Notes: generated by a model from the sequence alone, not told the origin. DNA of 64,000 nucleotides from Rhodospirillaceae bacterium (GCA_002724395.1 PBOR01000031.1:2196-66195), one strand, 5' to 3'. Positions 47,605-57,652 are shown, counted from the first letter of the stretch. Numbers and translations: made by a program.

Positions 47605-48222
47605 ATGATGAAAATATGGGGACGCAAGAACTCGAGTAATGTTCGTAAAGTACTTTGGTGTGCAGCCGAACTGGGACTTCAATTTGAACGTGAGGATGTG
47701 GGCGGAGACTTTGGCAAAAATGATGAGAAATGGTATCTTCAAATGAATCCAAATGGGCTTGTCCCAACCATCGAAATTGATGGGAACATCCTGTGGGAAT
47801 CAAACACAATAATCCGATATTTATGTTGTAAGTATAGCGCTGGCGATATGTATCCGACGGATGCTGGTGAGCGGGCAAAGGCTGAGATGTGGATGGATTG
47901 GCACTTGTCTGTCGCGACACCTAAGACCGGCCCGATATTCCGAGGTATCGTCCATACGCCAGAGGATAAGCGTGACTATGCGGCAATGAAAGCAGCAGGC
48001 GAAGAACTCACCAAATCGTACCAAATGTTGGAAAAACAACTTGATGGAAAAGATTATATCATGGGTGATAATCTAACCATGGTCGACTGCGCCCTTGGTA
48101 TGCATGTGCACCGATATTACGCGTTGGTTGCAGATAAGCCTGCATTGAAAAATATGGACGTTTGGTATGAACGGCTCAAAGGGCGTCCGGCATTTGTCGA
48201 GCATGTCATTCCCTTTCCTTAG
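47605..48222 (+). CDS. glutathione S-transferase (GstB/YliJ-like)
   Basis: MMKIWGRKNSSNVRKVLWCAAELGL..., NPNGLVPTIE, LWESNTIIRYL. The internal ATG at 47605 is chosen; the track ORF start overlaps the ComA-like gene. Confidence 0.82.
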   Translation: MMKIWGRKNSSNVRKVLWCAAELGLQFEREDVGGDFGKNDEKWYLQMNPNGLVPTIEIDGNILWESNTIIRYLCCKYSAGDMYPTDAGERAKAEMWMDWHLSVATPKTGPIFRGIVHTPEDKRDYAAMKAAGEELTKSYQMLEKQLDGKDYIMGDNLTMVDCALGMHVHRYYALVADKPALKNMDVWYERLKGRPAFVEHVIPFP

Positions 48223-48406
48223 GAGTTAAAATAACCCCGCATGTAGAGTGGATATGGACGGATGCCGCGTCTATTTGTCATGGTTACAAGTGGAAAGCTT
48301 TAACTTATTGTGCGACGCAGCATAAAATTTGTTATTGAGTTGTCCATTGTTAGAGGGGATTGCACGATAACATTTGATGTAATTGCCAAAACCTGGGAGT
48401 TAAAAA

Positions 48407-49441
48407 ATGAAAAAATTAGCCTTTTTATCGGCGATAGCCTCTTTCGCCATTAGTGCAGTTGGAGCTACTTTTGCACCGGCGCTTGCCGCGGACGGGCCAA
48501 CTTTAACTGCTGTAAAAAAACGGGGTGAATTAATTTGCGGAGTTCACCAAGGGCGATATGGATTTGCCATTGCCGATAAGAAAGGGAAATGGAAAGGCCT
48601 CGATGTTGATGTTTGTAAAGCGGTTGCTGCAGCGGTGCTCGGAGACGGCAATAAGGTAAAGTATATTCCGCTCGGCAGCGTTCAACGGTTCCCGGCCCTT
48701 CAATCTGGCCAAGTCGATATGCTATCACGCACGACAACTATCACTTTGACTCGCGACTCTGCGCTTGGTCTCAATTTTGGGCCGCCAACTTTCTATACCG
48801 GCACCGGCTTTATGGTGCGTAAGAAACTAAACATTACTAAAGTTGATCAATTGGGTGGTGCTGCGATTTGTGTTTTCCCGGGCAGTACGACGGAAAAGAA
48901 TATTGCAGCGTTGTTCAAGTCTAAGGGTATGAAAATGACCCCAGTGGTTATCGAAAACTCTAAGGAGCTTGTAAGCGCGTATATGTCTGGTCGTTGCGAT
49001 GTGCTTGCTATGGATCAGGCAGGCTTGCCGGGCCATCAACAGTTTGATGCAAAGGTTCCGGGCGACCATATTATTCTCGATGGCGTGTATTCCAAAGAGC
49101 CTCTTGCAGTGGGTGTTCGTGCCGACGACGATCAATGGTTTGACATCACTAAATGGGTGGTTCACGCACTTTTTAATGCGGAAGAGTGGGGTATTACGCA
49201 AAAGAACGTAGATAAAATGAAAGGGTCTAAAGACCCGAATATCAAACGTCTTCTGGGCGCCAGTGGTAATTTGGGTAAAAAGATCGGTCTTGGCAAAAAC
49301 TGGGCCTATGACGCTATTAAAGCCGTCGGTAACTATGGTGAAGTCTATGACCGTAATTGGGGCCCGCCGCTTAATCTGGCGCGTGGCATCAATAATCTGT
49401 GGACAAAGGGTGGCCTGATGTATGGTTTTCCTATGAAATAG
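48407..49441 (+). CDS. aapJ: general L-amino-acid ABC transporter, periplasmic substrate-binding protein
   Basis: Signal peptide, then the AapJ/BztA-like sequence (LTAVKKRGELICGV, GLDVDVCKAVAAAVLGD); 344 aa. Confidence 0.8.
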   Translation: MKKLAFLSAIASFAISAVGATFAPALAADGPTLTAVKKRGELICGVHQGRYGFAIADKKGKWKGLDVDVCKAVAAAVLGDGNKVKYIPLGSVQRFPALQSGQVDMLSRTTTITLTRDSALGLNFGPPTFYTGTGFMVRKKLNITKVDQLGGAAICVFPGSTTEKNIAALFKSKGMKMTPVVIENSKELVSAYMSGRCDVLAMDQAGLPGHQQFDAKVPGDHIILDGVYSKEPLAVGVRADDDQWFDITKWVVHALFNAEEWGITQKNVDKMKGSKDPNIKRLLGASGNLGKKIGLGKNWAYDAIKAVGNYGEVYDRNWGPPLNLARGINNLWTKGGLMYGFPMK

Positions 49442-49458
49442 ATTATGTTTCCGGAAAT

Positions 49459-49494
49459 GCCGCTCGGCTGAACGGGTCGGGCGGCGTTTCTCTT
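49459..49494 (+). terminator. stem-loop after the binding-protein gene (possible intra-operon attenuator)
   Basis: An 8-bp stem GCCGCTCG/CGGGCGGC (one G-U) with an 11-nt loop, followed by GTTTCTCTT. The T-tract is weak. Confidence 0.4.
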
Positions 49495-49536
49495 ATAGTT
49501 GGCAATCAAATGCACTTCATGAAGGCCTAATGGGCT

Positions 49537-50715
49537 ATGGCTGGCCAGCCGCAAATAAACAAAAGCGATAACTCTATCCTGAATAGTATCGCCTTCCGTG
49601 GCATTGTCTATCAGGTTTTGCTTGGGGCAGGTATAGCGCTGCTTGGTTGGTATCTATACACCAATATAAATGAGAATTTAGCTCGACAGAATATTGCTAC
49701 GGGCTGGGATTTCTTAAATGAGCCGGCTGGTTTCGGTATTAGTGAATCGATAATTCCTTTTGATTCCAGTCAAACCTTTGCGCGGATCTTTCTCGCCGGT
49801 ATTTTGAATACGCTACATGTGGCTTTTTTCGGCATTATTTTGGCGACAATACTAGGCGTCGCTATGGGGATTGCTCGGGTTTCCCGTAATTGGTTGGTTG
49901 CGAAACTGGCCTCCGGTTATGTGGAGATTTGTCGCAATGTTCCGGTTGTGCTTCATGTAATATTTTGGTCATCGATTATCCGACTCTTACCGCACCCCCG
50001 GCAAGCTATCGAGCCATTTGACGGCGCTTTTATCTCTAATCGAGGCTTGATGCTGCCGTTCCCTTTCGACCATCCTCTCTATCCATGGATTGCGTTGGCA
50101 CTTGTAGTTGGAATAAGTGGCGCGGCCGTTTTTACCCGCTGGGCACGTATCAGACGCGAGAAAACTGGCAGATACATAGCGACTTTTTGGCCCAGTATCG
50201 GAATCGCCCTGTGTTTGCCACTAGTGGTTTGGCTAATAGGCGGGGCACCGTTAAGGTGGGATTTCCCAGTTTTGCGAGGCTTTAACTATCAAGGTGGTAT
50301 GGCGTTGTCGCCGGAATATATAGCGCTGCTGATCGGGATTACCGTGTATACGGCGGCTTTTATTGCGGAAATTGTGCGTTCCGGTATTGAATCAATACAC
50401 GCAGGTCAGATAGAAGCGGCTAACGCGCTTGGGCTTCGGCGTGGTTTTGTCATGCGTTATATCACTATTCCTCAGGCGCTAAGGGTTATTGTACCACCTA
50501 CTGCGAGCCAATTTTTGAGCCTCACCAAAAATAGCTCTCTCGGCGTCCTCATCGGCTATCCGGATCTGGTTAATATAGGTAACACGTCGTTGAACCAAAC
50601 AGGTCAAGCTGTGGAGGCCATCGCAATAATGATGCTCGTCTACCTCACAATTAGTCTGACGATTTCGGCCTGCATGAACCTTTATAACAAACTCGTTGCC
50701 ATCAAGGAGCGGTAG
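49537..50715 (+). CDS. aapQ: general L-amino-acid ABC transporter permease
   Basis: AapQ/BztB-like N-terminus (FRGIVYQVLL...NINENLARQNIATGWDFL) and the EAA loop (EAANALGLRRGFVMRYITIPQAL). Confidence 0.8.
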   Translation: MAGQPQINKSDNSILNSIAFRGIVYQVLLGAGIALLGWYLYTNINENLARQNIATGWDFLNEPAGFGISESIIPFDSSQTFARIFLAGILNTLHVAFFGIILATILGVAMGIARVSRNWLVAKLASGYVEICRNVPVVLHVIFWSSIIRLLPHPRQAIEPFDGAFISNRGLMLPFPFDHPLYPWIALALVVGISGAAVFTRWARIRREKTGRYIATFWPSIGIALCLPLVVWLIGGAPLRWDFPVLRGFNYQGGMALSPEYIALLIGITVYTAAFIAEIVRSGIESIHAGQIEAANALGLRRGFVMRYITIPQALRVIVPPTASQFLSLTKNSSLGVLIGYPDLVNIGNTSLNQTGQAVEAIAIMMLVYLTISLTISACMNLYNKLVAIKER

Positions 50716-50717
50716 GG

Positions 50718-51836
50718 ATGGCCGATATAGAGTTGAATCGGATGCGGAATGGCAAGCGCAAACAGGCGCAAGCGCCGGTAGCAGAAAAGGTTGCTGCGTT
50801 ACGCTGGGTGCGGGAGAATTTTTTTAGTACCATAGGGAACACCATCCTTACTGTCATCATTGGTGTCTTCATCATAAAATTCATCCCACCGTTCATTCAG
50901 TGGGCATTTGCCGATGCGGTCTGGGGAGCGCAAACCCACGAAGTCTGTCGGGCATCGGAAGGTGCTTGCTGGGCGGTAATCACGGAAAAGCACCGGCCAA
51001 TGTTATTCGGGCTTTATCCCTATGAAGAACATTGGCGTTTGGTCGTCGCCCTAATTGTTTATGTTGGAGCGATTTGCATTACGCTAACGCGGCGATTCTG
51101 GCATGTGAAAATTCTTGTGCCACTTTGGATCGCCAATCTCGCTACCTGCTGCCTGCTGATGTGGGGTGGTATCCTTGGGCTCACCTTTGTTGAGACTCAG
51201 CAATGGGGTGGTTTGCCGCTGACCATGGTGCTGTTTACGGGCACTGTGGTATTCGGTATGCCCATCGCGGTTTTGCTTGCGCTAGGAAGGCGTTCGCATC
51301 TGCCGGGTATCAAAGCAGTATGTGTTGCGGCCATTGAATGCATGCGAGGCGTTCCGTTGATCACCATCCTGTTTGTTGCCGTTAACGTTTTTCCGTTATT
51401 TTTACCACAAGGGCTTGAGTTCGATGTCATGGTGCGAGTTATGGCTGGGATGGCGATTTTCTTTGCATGTTATCAGGCGGAGGTTATTCGCGGTGGCTTA
51501 CAGGCAATTCCGCGCGGCCAATATGAAGCAGCCGAAGCCACAGGGCTCGGTTACTGGCAAATGATGGTACGTATTATCTTGCCTCAGGCACTTCGTGTTT
51601 GCTTGCCCGGAATCGTGAATCACATCATCGCTGCTTTTAAAAACACGTCATATGTTTTGATAATTGGCCTGTTCGATATTTTGAGTGCTACGACCGCTGT
51701 TATGCAAGACCCGCTTTGGCGCTTATTCACGATAGAGGCCTATCTCTTTGTTGCACTCATCTATTTTATTTTTTGTTTTGCGCTCTCCAAATACAGCCAG
51801 AATTTGGAGCAATGGCTCGATCAAGGTCGGCGTTAA
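50718..51836 (+). CDS. aapM: general L-amino-acid ABC transporter permease
   Basis: AapM/BztC-like, with conserved Cys pair region (CRASEGACWAVI) and EAA loop (EAAEATGLGYWQMMVRIILPQAL). Confidence 0.8.
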   Translation: MADIELNRMRNGKRKQAQAPVAEKVAALRWVRENFFSTIGNTILTVIIGVFIIKFIPPFIQWAFADAVWGAQTHEVCRASEGACWAVITEKHRPMLFGLYPYEEHWRLVVALIVYVGAICITLTRRFWHVKILVPLWIANLATCCLLMWGGILGLTFVETQQWGGLPLTMVLFTGTVVFGMPIAVLLALGRRSHLPGIKAVCVAAIECMRGVPLITILFVAVNVFPLFLPQGLEFDVMVRVMAGMAIFFACYQAEVIRGGLQAIPRGQYEAAEATGLGYWQMMVRIILPQALRVCLPGIVNHIIAAFKNTSYVLIIGLFDILSATTAVMQDPLWRLFTIEAYLFVALIYFIFCFALSKYSQNLEQWLDQGRR

Positions 51837-51855
51837 AAATGATTAGGGAAATTTT

Positions 51856-52620
51856 ATGACTGAAGCTATTCGAGCAGCTACTAATGAAACTGTCATTGAG
51901 TTGAAAGACGTCAACAAGTGGTATGGTGAGTTTCAAGCTTTGGCGGATATCAACTTGTCGGTGAAAAAGGGCGAACGTGTCGTGGTCTGCGGCCCGTCGG
52001 GCTCTGGGAAGTCTACCATGATCCGCTGTATCAACAGGCTTGAAGTCCATCAGCGCGGTACGATCATCGTTGATGGGATAGAATTGACCGATAATCTCAA
52101 AAATATTGAGGCTATCCGTAGTGAAGTCGGCATGGTGTTCCAATCCTTCAATTTATTCCCCCACATGCGAGTGGTCGACAATTTGACGCTAGCACCTATG
52201 TTAGTGCGCAAAATGCCGAAAAAGGCCGCGGAGGAGATTGCCATGCAATACCTCGAGCGGGTCCAAATACCTGAACAAGCTTATAAGTTCCCGGGACAAT
52301 TATCCGGCGGTCAACAGCAGCGCGTAGCTATTGCACGTTCGCTCTGCATGCAGCCGAAAATAATGCTATTCGACGAGCCCACCTCCGCCCTTGACCCGGA
52401 AATGATTAAGGAAGTGCTCGATGTGATGGTGGAATTAGCGGAAGACGGTATGACTATGATCGTGGTGACCCATGAAATGGGCTTTGCTAAAACGGTGGCC
52501 GACACGATGGTATTTATGGATCAGGGTGAGATTGTTGAGACCGCTGAGCCGGGTAAATTTTTCACCAAACCGGATAGCGAACGGACGCAATTGTTTTTAA
52601 GTCAGATCCTTACGCATTAG
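51856..52620 (+). CDS. aapP: amino-acid ABC transporter ATP-binding protein
   Basis: Walker [10 protein letters not shown], signature [15 protein letters not shown], Walker [13 protein letters not shown]. Confidence 0.88.
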   Translation: MTEAIRAATNETVIELKDVNKWYGEFQALADINLSVKKGERVVVCGPSGSGKSTMIRCINRLEVHQRGTIIVDGIELTDNLKNIEAIRSEVGMVFQSFNLFPHMRVVDNLTLAPMLVRKMPKKAAEEIAMQYLERVQIPEQAYKFPGQLSGGQQQRVAIARSLCMQPKIMLFDEPTSALDPEMIKEVLDVMVELAEDGMTMIVVTHEMGFAKTVADTMVFMDQGEIVETAEPGKFFTKPDSERTQLFLSQILTH

Positions 52621-53582
52621 TTCATAATTTCAGGATGTGCCTGTAAGTACTCGATGTAGGCGCCTAAGCCCTTCTCTAATTCAAATTCGGGTTCGAACCC
52701 CAAATCACCTCTTGCGCGCGTAATGTCGAGCGCGCCGCGGAGGCTGCCGGCGAGCGCCATATTACCCTCAAAGCTACCCGATCCCACGGTTAAGGCTGCG
52801 CCGGGCACGATGTTGTTCAATATATCAGCCACTTCAGTTACCGAGAATAGTTTGCCGACGGCGATGTTATATGCCGTATGTGCGAGTTTCTCTTTACCGT
52901 AGGCGAGCGCGATGCCCAGCGCGGCATCTGATCCATAGGTGAAGTCGCGGACATAATCGCCGCCTTCTCTCATTTCAAAATTTTTGCCATTGAGTGCATG
53001 AAAGCAGAGCTTCTGCATGGGATAATGCTCCACATTCCATGTCTTGCCGGGGCCATAGACGCTGGAAATTCGGGCAGAGACAGAGTCTGTGCCGTACTTC
53101 TCCCGGTATTGGTTCATCAGGCGTTCAGAAATATTTTTGGTCTCTGCGTAGAAGCCCTTCGGGTCCTCATCGCCTTCCACCAGTGGTTTGCCGGCGCTGG
53201 GCCCATAAATTGTACCAGATGAACAAAATACAACTCGCTGGAGGTCATGCTGACGTGCAAGTTCCAGCATATTGGCGGTACCGATTATGTTGACTTTCAC
53301 GCCGATGAGCGGATTTGCAAGGAAGACATTTTCATTTACCACCGCTGCAGCGTGTATAATACCTTGAACTTGGTTATCTAGTACGATCTTAGTGAGCTTA
53401 TCAAGATCAAGCACGTCCGCTTGGAGATGGGGAATGTCAGGTGCCGCATCGCCCAAAATGTAGGCTGCATGGGCGGGGCGATTAAGAAGGTCGATACACA
53501 CCACGCTTTTGCCTTGCTTGGCAAAGCGTTGGGCTGTGTAAAGCCCGATCAACCCTGCGCCGCCAGTGATTAAAATCGTCAC
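52617..53582 (-). CDS. NAD-dependent epimerase/dehydratase-family (extended SDR) protein
   Basis: [11 protein letters not shown] Rossmann motif and catalytic YAETK. Its 3' end overlaps aapP convergently by 4 nt. Confidence 0.82.
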   Translation of the reverse strand: MTILITGGAGLIGLYTAQRFAKQGKSVVCIDLLNRPAHAAYILGDAAPDIPHLQADVLDLDKLTKIVLDNQVQGIIHAAAVVNENVFLANPLIGVKVNIIGTANMLELARQHDLQRVVFCSSGTIYGPSAGKPLVEGDEDPKGFYAETKNISERLMNQYREKYGTDSVSARISSVYGPGKTWNVEHYPMQKLCFHALNGKNFEMREGGDYVRDFTYGSDAALGIALAYGKEKLAHTAYNIAVGKLFSVTEVADILNNIVPGAALTVGSGSFEGNMALAGSLRGALDITRARGDLGFEPEFELEKGLGAYIEYLQAHPEIMN

Positions 53583-53607
53583 AAAAACTCCTTTGGATTA
53601 ATTTAGC

Positions 53608-55269
53608 CTAAACCCCGGCGTTGGAACCGCCGGTCATGAGCCTTTCGTTCTCTGCTGTCGTTCGATATCCTTCAAACTCAAGAGGGACTTCAATTATGGT
53701 GGTTTTATCTGCCCTCAGGGCTTCCGCAATAGCTGGGGCCAGACCTTCAATTTCTGGCACCCGCTTGCCGTGAAAGCCGAAGGCTTCAGCTAATTTGACA
53801 TAGTCCGGGTTAGTTAACACCGTTCCGATGTGGCGATTATAGCGCGATTCTTGGCGCTGGCGGATTATGGAGTAGCCGCCATTGTTAAATATAACGACGG
53901 GCATAGATAGATTATATTGTTGCAACGTTGCTAATTCCCCACAGCCAAACATGAATCCGCCATCACCGCAGAAAGCAACAATTTCTCGTTCCGGGAAAGC
54001 GGCCTTGGCACCAACGGCAGCATGGAAGGCAAAGCCCATAGAACCAAACGTATTGGCGAATAGAAATTGGCCAGGCTTGTAGCACTCGAAGCCAAAACGG
54101 GTCCAGTGTCCCATAATGGATTGGGATGCAACGATAGCATCTCGCGATAGAATAGAGCGAATATCTTGCATCGCTTGGAAAACTTCCGGCTGCTTGGTTT
54201 TCATTTCAGCGACAGCCGTAGTCTTGAGTTTTTGTATTGCCTCAAGGCGACTTTCCGCAACGATATAGCCAGTCTTTTCCAGGTTATGCATTAATGCTTG
54301 CAGTACCACCCGGGCGTCGCCTTCAATAGTAACTTTGGCTTTATAGTTCTTGCCAAATTCCGCCGGGTCGATATCACAATGAATAACGTTTTCGGGCATG
54401 GGAAGCGTCCATTGCTTAGTGGCGCGCTGCGAAAAACGTGTGCCGATGGCAAGCACGGCATCTCCTTTGGCGAGCACCTCGTTTTGTAATGTGTCGCTCA
54501 CTGTCAGCAGATTTCCAAGCGCAAGCGGATGATCGTCCGGTAGAACACCTTTGGAGCCGTTGGTGCAAAATACTGGGGCTTGCAGCATTTCTGCCATAGC
54601 CTTTACTTCGACGGAGGCACAGGCTTTGACTGCGCCGCCACCAATCCAAAGAATTGGCCGTTTTGCCTGTTTCAAGAGGTCGGTTGCATTTTTAATTTCA
54701 GATTGATTTACCGGTGGCGGGGAGACATTGGCTGGCGGTAAAATTGTAAAATCTGCTTCACAATGAAGAAAATCAGTTGGAATTTCGAGAAAGACTGGTC
54801 GTGGCCGGCCGGTGCGCATGCGTCGGTAAGCCTCATTAATGGCTTCGGGGATTTCGCCAATGTTTTGCACGGTGTGTTGCCAAGAAGAGACGGGCACGAA
54901 CATTTCGCTTTGTGCTGGACCGTCATGGTAAAAGCCCTTTTCCTTGCCCATATGCTCGCTCAGGATTTGTGTTGAGATATGAAGCATCGGCCAAGATTCG
55001 TTATAGGCTTCGCCCATAGCGCAGGCGACACCCGCAGCGCCTGGTCCGACTGTGGTTAGTACTACACCAGGATTGCCTGATACACGGGTGTAGGCATCAG
55101 CCATGTGACCGGCCGAATCTTCATTGCGCGGCGTGATAAGTTTAATCGGACTATCGTAAAGTGCATCGTAGGTGGGCATGAGGTGGCTGCCTAGCACTCC
55201 ATAGGCGACCTGAGCGCCCTCTGCTTCTAAGGACTGAACGACTGCCTGTCCACCGGTTAGCTTTGGCAT
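53608..55269 (-). CDS. thiamine-diphosphate-dependent enzyme (acetolactate synthase-like), third ThDP paralogue in window
   Basis: Pyr domain (NEDSAGHMADAY) and ThDP motif FCGDGGFMFG. It lies 25 nt upstream of the SDR gene. Confidence 0.85.
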   Translation of the reverse strand: MPKLTGGQAVVQSLEAEGAQVAYGVLGSHLMPTYDALYDSPIKLITPRNEDSAGHMADAYTRVSGNPGVVLTTVGPGAAGVACAMGEAYNESWPMLHISTQILSEHMGKEKGFYHDGPAQSEMFVPVSSWQHTVQNIGEIPEAINEAYRRMRTGRPRPVFLEIPTDFLHCEADFTILPPANVSPPPVNQSEIKNATDLLKQAKRPILWIGGGAVKACASVEVKAMAEMLQAPVFCTNGSKGVLPDDHPLALGNLLTVSDTLQNEVLAKGDAVLAIGTRFSQRATKQWTLPMPENVIHCDIDPAEFGKNYKAKVTIEGDARVVLQALMHNLEKTGYIVAESRLEAIQKLKTTAVAEMKTKQPEVFQAMQDIRSILSRDAIVASQSIMGHWTRFGFECYKPGQFLFANTFGSMGFAFHAAVGAKAAFPEREIVAFCGDGGFMFGCGELATLQQYNLSMPVVIFNNGGYSIIRQRQESRYNRHIGTVLTNPDYVKLAEAFGFHGKRVPEIEGLAPAIAEALRADKTTIIEVPLEFEGYRTTAENERLMTGGSNAGV

Positions 55270-55421
55270 AGCGCTTACCTTCCCGCGATTGTATTTGAGA
55301 ATATTTACTTTAACGGTTTATATCGTAATCTGCTGTTTATAAAGCACATAAGTATTGAGTTTCGGCATATTGGATGGCTCTCATCAGGCATCGTATCTCA
55401 AAACAATAAAAGGTGGATGGC

Positions 55422-55832
55422 ATGGACTTAGAGACACATATAGCGCTCGCCCAGCGGTGGGACGTTACGCTTTCGAAGATCGACCCACAAGAAGATCACA
55501 CGGCAGCCATCGAGATTTGTATGATGATGGGAACCACCCTATTAAACGCTATTTTCCACAAACGCGGTATTCGTGAGGAAGCTTACGACCAAAATCACAC
55601 TACGCGCCCTCCGATTCCGCCTGAAGCCGAAGCACGTATTACACCGGATGTTCGAGCGATTATGGATGATCTACATTATGTGGAGCAGATGCGCGGTCTC
55701 CACTGCCGCGGTATTTCCGGTAAACTTCGCGATGCGCGGGACCTGCCCGACTGGAATCCTGAGGTTTCAATGAGATGTATTGCCATTATTCGCAATATGC
55801 AAGCCTTCACTGAACAAGTTATGGGCGAGTAG
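55422..55832 (+). CDS. uncharacterised 136-aa protein (tandem paralogue A)
   Basis: The ATG at 55422 follows AAGGTGGA. It aligns end to end with paralogue B. No family was recognised. Predicted mostly helical, with conserved FHKRGI, DQNHT.RP, ARITPDVR, LHCR and LPDW motifs. Confidence 0.6.
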   Translation: MDLETHIALAQRWDVTLSKIDPQEDHTAAIEICMMMGTTLLNAIFHKRGIREEAYDQNHTTRPPIPPEAEARITPDVRAIMDDLHYVEQMRGLHCRGISGKLRDARDLPDWNPEVSMRCIAIIRNMQAFTEQVMGE

Positions 55833-55842
55833 GGGGGCGGGT

Positions 55843-56253
55843 ATGAAACTTGATGCACATCTGAAATTGGCTCACCAATGGGATATTACCCTCACCAAAC
55901 TTGATCTTGAGACGGACTATTTAGCCGTACTTGAATTTTCCATGATGATGGGGACGAGCTTGTTAAATGCAGTGTTCCACAAACGCGGTATTCAGGATGA
56001 GGCTTTTGACCAAAACCATACTAATCGACCAGTACTGTCTGACGAAGTCGAGGCTCGTATCACGCCGGATGTGCGCGAGATGATGGCAGATATGGCTTAT
56101 ATTGAGCGGATGCGGAACCTACATTGCCGCGCTATTGGCGAAGACCGTTCGGCACCCCGGGTTTTGCCCGACTGGGATCCGGGGGTGGTGGAAAAGTGCG
56201 TAATCAATCTACGTAAAATACAAGCCTTCGCCGAGAAGGTGATAGCGGAATAA
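55843..56253 (+). CDS. uncharacterised 136-aa protein (tandem paralogue B)
   Basis: The internal ATG at 55843 gives exactly the same length as paralogue A. About 74 of 136 positions are identical in my hand alignment. Confidence 0.6.
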   Translation: MKLDAHLKLAHQWDITLTKLDLETDYLAVLEFSMMMGTSLLNAVFHKRGIQDEAFDQNHTNRPVLSDEVEARITPDVREMMADMAYIERMRNLHCRAIGEDRSAPRVLPDWDPGVVEKCVINLRKIQAFAEKVIAE

Positions 56254-56469
56254 AATGGCTTTTATTGTCGCAAGTACCTTGGGTTATTTTCAACTGAAAT
56301 TCGTCATATATCGGCACATTTCTTTCCAACTCAGCACAACGTTTGTTGCTAACAAAGACTCATTTGCCGAAATTCTAGATACCGTTAATGACCAAAAAAA
56401 AGCTTTGAAGGTCTAGACTGGCTGACAGATGTAGCTGAGGACCTCTTCGAAGATTGGCCTTATTGCAAC

Positions 56470-57228
56470 CTACTTTTTCTTTTTTGAGTGCCTTTTGAGG
56501 TTTCGATCAAATAAGTCTAGTAATCTCTTCCAACCTGCATCTGCGAGCCTGGGGTGATAGGGCGCGCGTTCCGCAAACATATAGCCATGACGAGCACCTT
56601 CGGGTTGTTCGACAAAATGTTTAAGTTTTGCTTTCTTGAGTGCTTTTTCCAGAACAGGAATAACTTCGTCGGGCACCGTAGGATCGTTTTCGCCAAAGCT
56701 GTAATAGAATTCGGCTTTCGCTTGACCCAAAAAGAGGTGGGGTGAGTCATCAGCATCAATTACAATGCCGACACCATAAAAGGCAGCAGCTGCTTTGATA
56801 CGATGGGGATGCCTTGTTGCGGCATTTGTTATGTGGCGTCCACTCATGCAATGCCCAACGCATCCCATCGGCCCCTCATCCACTTCCGGTTGGGCGTCGA
56901 GATATTGGATCCAAGCATCGGTATCCTCATTCACACCCTCATGACTTAAATGGTTCATTGCAGCTTTGATAACCGTGGTCATGGAATCGTCGCGACGCGG
57001 TAGATTGAACCGGACCGTGCCAAGTCGGTAATACATATCTGGCACAATGCAGTAATAGCCGGACTTGGCAATACGTCGGGCCATATTACAAATTTCTTCG
57101 CGAAAGCCGGGCGCGTCCATATAGAAAATGATCGCTGGGAAGGAACCGTCCTCGTCTGGACAAGCTATGAAAGAGGGGCAGAGCCCATGTTTGGTCGGTA
57201 CAGTGACATGGTTTTCCTTCAAGCCCAT
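56470..57228 (-). CDS. dienelactone hydrolase-family protein
   Basis: Nucleophile-elbow context GCVGHCMSG. The ATG at 57228 is preceded by GGAGGG with 6-nt spacing. Confidence 0.8.
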   Translation of the reverse strand: MGLKENHVTVPTKHGLCPSFIACPDEDGSFPAIIFYMDAPGFREEICNMARRIAKSGYYCIVPDMYYRLGTVRFNLPRRDDSMTTVIKAAMNHLSHEGVNEDTDAWIQYLDAQPEVDEGPMGCVGHCMSGRHITNAATRHPHRIKAAAAFYGVGIVIDADDSPHLFLGQAKAEFYYSFGENDPTVPDEVIPVLEKALKKAKLKHFVEQPEGARHGYMFAERAPYHPRLADAGWKRLLDLFDRNLKRHSKKKK

Positions 57229-57652
57229 TATCGTCCCTCCTGTTAATAGTACCAACTCAGTATAGATGAAGTTTCAGACTATCATTACTATCACGCGTTG
57301 CAAAAAAAGATTCTTAAATACATCAGAAACCCGAATTCCTGGGCTGGCGACCTTTGGAGGGGTTGGTGTTCTTAATTTCATGCGCGCGATGCTCAGCGTG
57401 TATTATTTAATGATGCAGTTTGGTGTGAGGGCGGGCATGATAAAGTAAAGTTAATACCAGTGCGTTTTCTTGCCCCAAATGGCTTAAGCAGAGGACTTCA
57501 GCGATCCAGGAGGCTCCACATTTATTAGTAGCTTGCTCTAGGTGATAGATTTGATAGTCGAAAATTCGAGGCTGAACTAACTGAAGTCGTTTAGTTGGTT
57601 GACGACGATGTGATCTTGCGGAATTAAGAACCAGCGTGAATGGAATTGTAGC

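Noticed and set aside
37410-48222. The sulfonate cluster as a tRNA-Leu-flanked genomic island.
   Set aside because: No integrase, excisionase or transposase is present. By eye I found no direct repeat of the tRNA 3' end downstream. Composition is not visibly different from neighbouring genes.
52617-52620. The four-nucleotide convergent overlap of aapP and the SDR gene (shared TTAG) as a regulatory feature.
   Set aside because: Convergent stop-codon overlaps occur by chance in compact genomes. No hairpin or antisense-specific signal is seen.
55422-56253. HEPN-like Rx4-6H motif in the small tandem paralogues (RMRNLH in paralogue B), suggesting a toxin/RNase.
   Set aside because: The upstream Arg is not conserved in paralogue A (QMRGLH), and there is no partner antitoxin-like or MNT-like gene. 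The motif match is most likely fortuitous.
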